The notes under the pieces: generated by a model
Seen by the model: only the letters and a program-made list of their open reading frames with translations
The model's database searches: none
What the model was told of the DNA's origin: nothing
Program-made: the position numbers and the translations under genes
Shown here: piece after piece, positions 1 through 7,000 of the stretch
Layout of the letters: each line of letters starts with the position of its first letter
Numbering within the stretch: the first letter of the stretch is position 1
Source: Candidatus Eiseniibacteriota bacterium
Lineage (GTDB): Bacteria; Joyebacterota; Joyebacteria; Joyebacterales; Joyebacteraceae
Direction of reading: 5' to 3'
NCBI GenBank assembly: GCA_043819135.1
Contig: JBDRFG010000014.1
Coordinates: forward strand, 1 to 12,858
Length of the DNA: 12,858 bases

Positions 1-142
1 GGAGATGGTGATGCCGGGCGACAACGTGGAGCTGTTGATCGAGCTCATCACACCGATCGCGATGGAAGAGGGTCTCCGGTTCGCCATCCGTGAGGGCGGC
101 AGAACCGTCGGCGCCGGCACCATCACACAGATCATCGAGTAG
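1..142 (+). CDS. tuf: Elongation factor Tu, 3' end (partial, runs off the left edge)
   Basis: Frame from nt 2 reads [46 protein letters not shown], the EF-Tu C-terminal signature (MVMPGDN...[14 protein letters not shown]). TAG at 140-142. Not in the ORF track. Confidence 0.98.
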   Translation, partial: EMVMPGDNVELLIELITPIAMEEGLRFAIREGGRTVGAGTITQIIE

Positions 143-166
143 CGAGAGCGCCGCGGGGGACTGACC

Positions 167-316
167 GTGCGAGAGATAGTGGTGCTCGCTTGCCAGAAGT
201 GCAAGCGACGCAATTACACATACACGAAGAACAAACAGAAACATCCGGACCGCCTGGAGTACAAGAAGTACTGTCGCTTCTGCAATAAGCACACTGTGCA
301 TAAGCAGACGCGCTAG
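167..316 (+). CDS. rpmG: 50S ribosomal protein L33, zinc-binding (C+) form, 49 aa
   Basis: Manual translation from GTG167: [49 protein letters not shown]. Two CxxC pairs, RNY and KKYC motifs. GGGGGA SD-like sequence at 155-160. Canonical position between tuf and secE. Missed by the ORF track. Confidence 0.97.
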   Translation: MREIVVLACQKCKRRNYTYTKNKQKHPDRLEYKKYCRFCNKHTVHKQTR

Positions 317-424
317 GCGCTCTCACAGATTCTGGTGAGCAGATCCCGTTTGCGCGGGCCGGGAGTTGGGCCACTGCGGCCTGAATCCCGCGGCCAAAAG
401 GTAGTCCGCCGAGCAAGCTCGTGC

Positions 425-502
425 AGGCCTGTAGCTCTAATTGGTTAGAGCGCCGGTCTCCAAAACCGGATGTTGGGGGTTCGAGTCCCTCCAGGCCTGC
501 CA
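425..502 (+). tRNA. trnW: tRNA-Trp, anticodon CCA, encoded 3' CCA
   Basis: Acceptor stem AGGCCTG(425-431)/CAGGCCT(492-498), discriminator G499, CCA 500-502. D stem GCTC/GAGC. Anticodon stem CCGGT/ACCGG with loop CTCCAAA (CCA at 460-462). T arm GGGGG-TTCGAGT-CCCTC. Usual position before secE. Confidence 0.98.
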
Positions 503-537
503 CAGTCTGCGCTCCTCAGGCGTCCGGTGAGGTGGAT

Positions 538-723
538 ATGTTTCAGAGGCTAGTCAAGTTCATCAAGGAAGTTCGGAACGAGCTCAAGAGGGTCTCGTGG
601 CCCTCGAAAGACGAGATTCGCGGTTCAACGACCGTGGTCATCGTCATCGTTCTGATTCTTGCGGTGTTCATTGGCCTCGTCGACCGGGCGCTTTCCTTCC
701 TGGTAAGCATCGTCTTCGGTTAG
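538..723 (+). CDS. secE: Preprotein translocase subunit SecE (single-TM type), 61 aa
   Basis: ATG538 after GAGGTGG. Reads MFQRLVKFIKEVRNELKRVSWPSKDEIRGSTTVVIVIV..., with the ELKRVSWP motif followed by one hydrophobic helix. The ORF-track start at 421 overlaps the tRNA and is wrong. Confidence 0.96.
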   Translation: MFQRLVKFIKEVRNELKRVSWPSKDEIRGSTTVVIVIVLILAVFIGLVDRALSFLVSIVFG

Positions 724-774
724 ACGCGAGCCGACACTGTCGTCCCTTGGGCTGACTGCTGGGAGTGGTCTGCA

Positions 775-1323
775 GTGAAGCTATGGTATGCGATACATAC
801 GTACTCCGGACATGAGTTCAAGGTCCGTGGGAAGCTCCAGAAGACGATCACGACCTCCGGTCTGGACGACCGCTTCGGTCAGATAATCGTCGCGACCGAG
901 GAGTTCGTAGAGATGAAGGACGGGAAGAGGAAGACCTCGGAGCGGAAGCTCTTCCCGGGTTATCTCCTTATAGAGATGGAGATGGATGACCAGACGCGCT
1001 TCCTCGTGACCAATACGCAGGGCGTGTCATCGTTCATAGGCACGACCTCGGGGCCCGGCCAGCAGGAGAAGGTCCCCGAGCCTCTCCTTCAGGAGGACAT
1101 CGACAGGATCCTGGGGAGAATCGAGCGCAAGCCGACGAAGGAGCGTGCGGAGATCCCGTATCAGGTCGGGGAGCAGGTGTGCGTCGTCGACGGGCCCTTC
1201 TCCGGCTTCACGGGGCTCATAGACGAGGTCGACGGCGAGCGCGGCAAGGTCAAGGTCATGGTCTCGATCTTCGGTCGCGCGACACCCGTCGAGCTCGACT
1301 TCCTTCAGGTGGAGTCGACCTGA
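775..1323 (+). CDS. nusG: Transcription termination/antitermination factor NusG, 182 aa
   Basis: [18 protein letters not shown] domain DGPFSGFTG...[17 protein letters not shown] start after GGGAG (761-765). Confidence 0.98.
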   Translation: MKLWYAIHTYSGHEFKVRGKLQKTITTSGLDDRFGQIIVATEEFVEMKDGKRKTSERKLFPGYLLIEMEMDDQTRFLVTNTQGVSSFIGTTSGPGQQEKVPEPLLQEDIDRILGRIERKPTKERAEIPYQVGEQVCVVDGPFSGFTGLIDEVDGERGKVKVMVSIFGRATPVELDFLQVEST

Positions 1324-1345
1324 GAGAGCTACAAGAGGGAGAACA

Positions 1346-1771
1346 ATGGCGAAGAAGATTATCGGAACCGTCAAGCTTCAGATCCCCGCAGGGCAGGCGA
1401 CGTCCGCGCCGCCGGTCGGCCCGGCACTGGGTCCGTACGGGATGGACATTGGCGGGTTCTGCAAGCAGTTCAACTCGAAGACCCAGGGTCAGCCCGGAAT
1501 GATCATCCCGATCGTGCTCACGGTCTACAAGGACAGGACGTTCACCTTCATCACCAAGACGCCGCCCGCGTCGGTACTTCTCAGGAAGGCCGCGGGCCTC
1601 GCGAAGGGTTCGGGCGTTCCGAATCGCGACAAGGTCGGGAAGGTCACTCGAGCGCAGCTTCTGGAGATCGCGAAGATCAAGGCGGTGGACCTGAACGCTG
1701 CTGACGACGCGGCCGCCATGCTGATGATCGCGGGAACGGCCAGGAGCATGGGCATCGAGGTCGTCGGTTAG
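1346..1771 (+). CDS. rplK: 50S ribosomal protein L11, 141 aa
   Basis: [27 protein letters not shown] and GTARSMG motifs. GAGGGAG SD upstream. Confidence 0.98.
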   Translation: MAKKIIGTVKLQIPAGQATSAPPVGPALGPYGMDIGGFCKQFNSKTQGQPGMIIPIVLTVYKDRTFTFITKTPPASVLLRKAAGLAKGSGVPNRDKVGKVTRAQLLEIAKIKAVDLNAADDAAAMLMIAGTARSMGIEVVG

Positions 1772-1822
1772 GTGGAAGTGGTTGCGCCCCCAATAAGCGG
1801 GGGCGGGCGTTACCGCGCGGGA

Positions 1823-1872
1823 ATGCGGGAGGGCACTCACAGAGAGCGTCCGACGAAAGGACAGGATTGCAT
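1823..1872 (+). promoter_or_regulatory. Candidate L1-binding autoregulatory RNA in the rplK-rplA spacer
   Basis: ATGCGG(1823-1828) pairs with TTGCAT(1867-1872), covering the rplA start codon. GA(1829-1830) is unpaired. GGGC(1831-1834)/GTCC(1848-1851) forms an upper hairpin. This GG-GA-GG asymmetric internal loop resembles L1 sites. Paired by eye. Confidence 0.5.
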
Positions 1873-2575
1873 GAAGCACAGCAAGCGCTACACAGGGTTG
1901 GCGGAGAAGGTGAAGGCGGGAGGTCCCTACGCGCTCGACGAGGCCCTCGAGCTTCTCAAGGCCACCGCCGGCGCCAAGTTCGACGAGACCGCGGAAGTCG
2001 TCTTCCGACTGGGAGTCGACCCGAGGCACTCCGACCAGCAGGTCCGCGGGACCGTGGTCATGCCCCACGGAACCGGGCAGACGGTGAAGATCCTGGTTCT
2101 GGCGAAGGGCGAGAAGGTCGCCGAGGCCGAGGAGGCCGGTGCGGACTTCGTCGGCGCCGAAGAATACATCGAGAAGATCAAGGGTGGCTGGCTCGAGGCC
2201 GACACGGTCATAGCCACGCCGGACATGATGAAGGACGTCGGCAAGCTGGGCAAGATCCTGGGTCCGAGGGGGCTCATGCCCAATCCCAAGACCGGTACCG
2301 TGACCTTCGACATCGCCAAGGCCGTCAGCGACGCCAAGGCCGGAAAGGTCGAGTACCGCACCGACAAGACCGCCAATGTGCACGTCGTATTCGGCAAGGC
2401 TTCTTTCGAGTTGGACAAGCTCAAGGGTAACCTCCTCGAACTGACGCGCGAGGTCCTGCGCGCCAAGCCTCCGGCCGCCAAGGGCATCTACATGAAGAAG
2501 ATAAGCATCAGCACGACCATGGGGCCGGGCATCGGCCTCGACATCGGTTCGCTAATCGACGCGTCCAAGCAGTAG
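1871..2575 (+). CDS. rplA: 50S ribosomal protein L1, 234 aa
   Basis: [29 protein letters not shown] and [16 protein letters not shown] motifs. Homology begins at ATG1871 (MKHSKRY), so the ORF-track start at 1772 is over-extended. Confidence 0.97.
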   Translation: MKHSKRYTGLAEKVKAGGPYALDEALELLKATAGAKFDETAEVVFRLGVDPRHSDQQVRGTVVMPHGTGQTVKILVLAKGEKVAEAEEAGADFVGAEEYIEKIKGGWLEADTVIATPDMMKDVGKLGKILGPRGLMPNPKTGTVTFDIAKAVSDAKAGKVEYRTDKTANVHVVFGKASFELDKLKGNLLELTREVLRAKPPAAKGIYMKKISISTTMGPGIGLDIGSLIDASKQ

Positions 2576-2614
2576 TCCCATCGACTCGGGACTTCGGGAG
2601 ACAAGGACCAGGAA

Positions 2615-3151
2615 ATGCCACTGACGAGAGCACAGAAGGAAACCCGCCTCAAGGAGCTCAGGAAGCAGCTGGAGTCGAAGACGTCCGTACTGCTCGGTGA
2701 TTTCACCGGCATGGACGTGGCCACTGCCACTGAGATCCGCTCGCGGTTCCGCGAGGCGAAGGTTGAGTATCGGGTCGTGAAGAACTCCCTGGCGAAGCTG
2801 GCCATGGACGAGACGGGGTTCAGCGCGCTGACGGAGCACCTGACAGGTCCGAACGGATTCGTGATGACCGACGGGGACGCGGCGGCCGCTGCCAAGATCA
2901 TGGTCGAGTTCGAGAAGAGCAGGAAGACGCCGCAGATACGACCCGGCCTCATAGACTCGGTCATCGTTACAGCGGCGGAGATCCGCAGGCTCGCGGAACT
3001 GCCGTCGAGAGAGGTCCTGCTCGCGCAGATAGCCGCAGGCTTCCAGGCTCCCGTCACAGGGCTGGCGCGGCTTCTCCACGAACTGTCGAGGAAGCTGGTC
3101 GCCACGCTCGACGCGGTGGCGAAGCAGAAGGGCGCCACGTCAGGCGCCTGA
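2615..3151 (+). CDS. rplJ: 50S ribosomal protein L10, 178 aa
   Basis: DFTG, YRVVKNSL, LTGP and LAELPSRE motifs. Position between rplA and rplL. Confidence 0.96.
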   Translation: MPLTRAQKETRLKELRKQLESKTSVLLGDFTGMDVATATEIRSRFREAKVEYRVVKNSLAKLAMDETGFSALTEHLTGPNGFVMTDGDAAAAAKIMVEFEKSRKTPQIRPGLIDSVIVTAAEIRRLAELPSREVLLAQIAAGFQAPVTGLARLLHELSRKLVATLDAVAKQKGATSGA

Positions 3152-3165
3152 GCCGGAATTCAAAG

Positions 3166-3258
3166 GCCTCCTGTCGGTCACAATGGGCCGGCCGCATCGG
3201 GGGAACGGTGAATGACCCCGGAGCATGTCTGGGCTTTAGCCCCGGAGCCGACAGAGGC
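3166..3258 (+). other. Structured RNA element A (three-way junction) in the rplJ-rplL spacer
   Basis: P1 GCCT-c-CTGTCGGT(3166-3178)/GCCGACAG-AGGC(3247-3258), 12 bp. P2 CGGGG(3198-3202)/CCCCG(3216-3220). P3 GGGC-TTTA-GCCC(3231-3242). No U-tract follows. Confidence 0.55.
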
Positions 3259-3260
3259 AA

Positions 3261-3289
3261 TTGGTAGCAGATGAAGGCAGCAGTAGAAT
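3261..3289 (+). promoter_or_regulatory. Candidate sigma70-type internal promoter upstream of rplL
   Basis: TTGGTA (3261-3266, 4/6 match to TTGACA), 17-nt spacer, TAGAAT (3284-3289, 5/6 match to TATAAT). It lies in a lower-GC patch (34/72 G+C over 3259-3330). Confidence 0.45.
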
Positions 3290-3348
3290 GATGTGACAGC
3301 AGCACACTGGACGATACTAGAGCAGTAGACACGTCGGAGGTGGATGAG

Positions 3349-3801
3349 ATGGCAGACGAGAAGAACGAAGTCGTGGAGACGGCCGCAGAGCCGAAGGCCG
3401 AAGAGAAGAAGGCCGCTCCCAGCAAGAACATCGAGAAGATCCTTGAGTCCATCGAGAAGATGACCGTTCTCGAGATGGCCGAGCTGGTCAAGGCCCTCGA
3501 GGACAAGTTCGGCGTATCCGCCGCGGCTCCCATGGCCATGATGGCCGCCCCCGCCGCCGGCGCAGCCGCAGGGGGTGGTGACGAAGAGAAGACCGAATGG
3601 GACGTCGTCCTTTCCGAGACGGGCGAGAAGAAGTTCCAGGTCGTGAAGGTCATTCGTCAGGTCACCGACCTCGGTCTCAAGGAAGCCAAGGAACTCGTGG
3701 ACAACCCCGGCCAGGTCGTCAAGAAGGACATTTCGAAGGGCGAGGCCGAGGAAGTCAAGAAGAAGCTCGAAGAGGCCGGAGCCAAGGCCGAGATCAAGTA
3801 G
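3349..3801 (+). CDS. rplL: 50S ribosomal protein L7/L12 with N-terminal extension, 150 aa
   Basis: [23 protein letters not shown], Ala/Gly hinge, [30 protein letters not shown] at 3336-3340 is 8 nt before ATG3349, favouring it over GTG3340. Confidence 0.97.
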   Translation: MADEKNEVVETAAEPKAEEKKAAPSKNIEKILESIEKMTVLEMAELVKALEDKFGVSAAAPMAMMAAPAAGAAAGGGDEEKTEWDVVLSETGEKKFQVVKVIRQVTDLGLKEAKELVDNPGQVVKKDISKGEAEEVKKKLEEAGAKAEIK

Positions 3802-3808
3802 CGCACGT

Positions 3809-3890
3809 GCCAGGCCCTCGCGGTTGCCGCGGGCCCGGGAATCCGGTGTCCCGCCACGGAGCTTTCGAGCTCGAGATCGCGGGGTCTGGC
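3809..3890 (+). other. Structured RNA element B (three-way junction) in the rplL-rpoB spacer
   Basis: P1 GCCAGGCCC-t-CGCGGTT(3809-3825)/GATCGCGGGGTCTGGC(3875-3890), 16 bp including G-U pairs. P2 CGGGA(3836-3840)/TCCCG(3849-3853). P3 GAGCT-TTCG-AGCTC(3859-3872). No U-tract follows. Confidence 0.6.
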
Positions 3891-3942
3891 GCGAGCCGTT
3901 CGACCGGGTGGCCTCTGGTAACGTATCGCCGGTCGGGCAAGT

Positions 3943-3970
3943 TCTGGAAGTGCGGATGTCTGGAAGTACG
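3943..3970 (+). repeat. 12-nt direct repeat TCTGGAAGT(G/A)CG, two copies, period 16
   Basis: TCTGGAAGTGCG at 3943-3954 and TCTGGAAGTACG at 3959-3970 (11/12 identical). Confidence 0.7.
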
Positions 3971-4009
3971 AGCGCATCCATTCCCTTGATGGAGGGTGAG
4001 AGAGCATTG

Positions 4010-7000
4010 ATGGGACCCCGAGTCATAGAGAGAAAAGTCTTCTCCAAGTTCCCGGTCGAGCAGGAACTTACGATGCCGAACCTGCTGGACGTTCAGCTCG
4101 CGTCCTTCAAGGCGTGCCTCGGCACGGGTAGGTCGGACGATGGGGAGGCTTCGGGACTGGATGAGATCTTCAGGAAGTTCTTTCCTGTGGAAGGGCATCA
4201 GGGGACCTACACCCTCGAGTACAAGGGCTTCAGGCTGGGGCAGCCGAAGCACACGCTCCAGGAGTGCCGGGAGCGAAACCTGACGTTCGAAGCCCCGCTG
4301 AAGGCAACCCTGAGGCTCGTCAGGTGGGAGCCGAGAGACAAGGGAGCGCGGAAGTTCCTCGAGGCCGAGGAGTCCGAGATCTATCTCGGCGACATCCCTC
4401 TGATCACCGAGCGCGGGACGTTCATCGTCAACGGCGCGGAGAGGGTCATCGTCAGTCAGCTCCATAGGTCGCCCGGCGTGTTCTTCCAGGACAAGATCCA
4501 TCCGAACGGGACAAGGCTCTACTTCGCGAAGATAATCCCGTACCGCGGGACCTGGGTCGAAGTCAGGATGGGCATCAAGGACGAGATGTTCATCAGGACC
4601 GACAGACGCCACCAGTTCCGGATGTCTACGTTCCTGCGAGCGCTTGGCTACTCGCGCGACGAGGACATTCGCAGTCTCTTCTACGAAAAGGAGACCGTGG
4701 AGCTGCCGTCAAGCAGGCCGACTCGCGCGCTGGCGCCGTGCGGCCGTTTGTTCGCGGCACGAGTGGTCGACGAGGAGACCGGCGAGGTGGTGGGCGAGCC
4801 CGGTGACGTGATCGAGCCGAAGCATATCAAGACTCTGAGGGACATGGGCGCCACCACGGTCGACGTGCGCGTGACCGAGAAGGCGCGGATCCTCGCCCGC
4901 AAGGACGAGGAGAGGGACGAGGAGCTCGTGGGACGGATCGTGTCCCAGACTTACAAGCATCCGGACACGAAGGAGATCGTCGTCAAGAACGACGAGAAGC
5001 TCACCCTGACGGTCATCCAGCTCCTGAGGAAGGCCGGCATCCGTGAGATCGAACTCGTCAAGATAGACCCCGTCGACATCAAGGTCATCGATGCGACGCT
5101 CTTGCGCGAGAAGACGCACTCCGAAGAAGAGGCTCTTCAGGAGATCTACAAGACGATGAAGGGCGGCAATCTGCCGTCGATCGAGGCCGGGCGCGAGCTG
5201 GTCGACAAGATGTTCTTCGACCCCAACCGCTACGATCTCAAGAACGTCGGGCGCTACAAGATCAACGAGCAGCTCGGCATCTCGAATGAGGATGTTCCGC
5301 TCGACACCATCTGCCTGACGCACCGCGACTTCATCGAGACCATCAGAGCCGTGCTTGAGGTAGTCAAGGGCAAGCGGGAGACCGACGACATCGACCATCT
5401 GGGCAACAGGCGAGTCCGATCTGTGGGCGAGCTTCTCGAGAACCAGCTCTCCGCCGGCCTGTCGCGCATGGTCAGGGTCATCAAGGACCGCATGTCGACC
5501 GGCGACGCTGAGGAGCTGGACCTGGCGACCCTGGTCAACTCCAGACCAATCTCGGCCGTTGTCCGAGCGTTCTTCGGCTCGAACCAGCTTTCGCAATTCA
5601 TGGAGCAGACCAACCCCCTCGCCGAGCTCACGCACAAGCGGAGGCTCTCCGCGCTCGGTCCGGGCGGTCTCACGAGAGAAAGGGCCGGGTTCGAGGTCAG
5701 GGACGTCCACTTCAGCCATTACGGACGGATGTGCCCGATCGAGACGCCCGAGGGGCCGAACATCGGTCTCATCAGCTCGCTCTCGACATACGGACGTATC
5801 AACGACTACGGCTTCATCGAGACGCCGTACTACAGACTGAAGAAGGGCGTGGTCACGAGTGAGATCGAGTTCCTGACGGCGTCTGAAGAGGACAACTGCA
5901 TCATCGCCCAGGCGGGCGAGCCGCTCGACTCGGGCAGGAAGATCCAGGAGGAGTCGCTCCTGGCTCGACACAGGGACGACTTCCCGACGGTGCCGCGCGA
6001 GGACATCCAGTACATGGATGTCTCGCCGAAGCAGCTGGTTTCCGCGGCGGCGGCTCTGATCCCCTTCCTCGAGCACGACGACGCGAACCGAGCGCTGATG
6101 GGATCGAACATGCAGCGGCAGGCGGTTCCTCTCGTCAAGACCGAGTCCCCGCTTGTGGGCACCGGCCTCGAGCACCGCGTGGCGGTCGACTCGGGCGCGG
6201 TCACGACGGCGAAGCACGCGGGCGTGGTGGAGAGCGTCGATGCCGACCACATCGCCATTCGGCACAGCGACACGCTGGACGGTTCGGAGGCGGTGGACGA
6301 GTACCCGCTCAGGAAGTTCCAGCGGACGAACCAGAACACGTGCATCAACCAGCGTCCCATGGCCAGAGTCGGTCAGCACGTGGAGGTCGGCGGCATCATA
6401 GCCGACGGACCTTCCACGAAGGACGGAGAGCTGGCCCTGGGCGCCAATCTACTCGTCGCGTTCATGCCCTGGGAAGGCTACAACTTCGAGGACGCGATCC
6501 TCGTGTCCGAACGGATCCTGAAGCACGACCGCCTTACGTCTATACACATCGAGGAGTTCGAATCTCAGGTCCGCGAGACCAAGCGGGGCATGGAGGAATT
6601 CACCCCGGAGATTCCGAACGTCAGTGAGGAGCGACTGAAGAACCTCGACGAGGAAGGCCTCGTGCGGGTAGGCGCGCGCGTGTCGGCCAGCGATATCCTG
6701 ATCGGCAAGGTGACGCCGAAGGGCGAGACCGAACTGACGCCGGAAGAGAATCTGCTTCGCGCGATCTTCGGCGACCGCGCCGGCGACGTGAGAGACACGT
6801 CTCTCAAGGCGCCGCCGGGCATGAACGGCATCGTGATCGACACGATCCTGTTCTCCCGACGCGCCAGGGACGAGCGAGGCAAGAAGGTCGTTCAGAAGGA
6901 CATAGACAAGATCAGATCCGAGTCCCGCACCGCCACGAAGCGCCTCGAGAGGGAGCGCGAGAAGCGCATCTTCGGACTCATCGAGGGACTGAGGACCAAG

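Noticed and set aside
132..503. 123-aa minus-strand ORF MAGLEGLEPPTSGFGDRRS...
   Set aside because: This is the typical spurious translation of the reverse complement of a tRNA (plus rpmG).
495..540. Integrated element at the tRNA-Trp 3' end
   Set aside because: secE starts 35 nt after the CCA. No integrase or duplicated tRNA end is present in the window.
3166..3258. Element A as SRP RNA, 6S RNA, SECIS or a known riboswitch
   Set aside because: It lacks the SRP CAGG...GGAA...AGCA motif and is too short for 6S. A SECIS role is unlikely because L10 is complete at its TGA. I recognise no riboswitch consensus. An Rfam scan is still needed.
3183..3297. Mini-ORFs in the rplJ-rplL spacer (MGRPHRGNGE* from 3183, MKAAVE* from 3271)
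   Set aside because: They are very short, lack a clear SD and have no informative codon pattern, so they cannot be distinguished from chance.
3824..4009. N-terminal extensions implied by the ORF track for rpoB (3824), rpoC (7869), rplA (1772) and secE (421)
   Set aside because: The extensions have no homology-like content and run through spacers, the tRNA or the upstream gene. SD-supported starts exist at 4007/4010, 7998, 1871 and 538.
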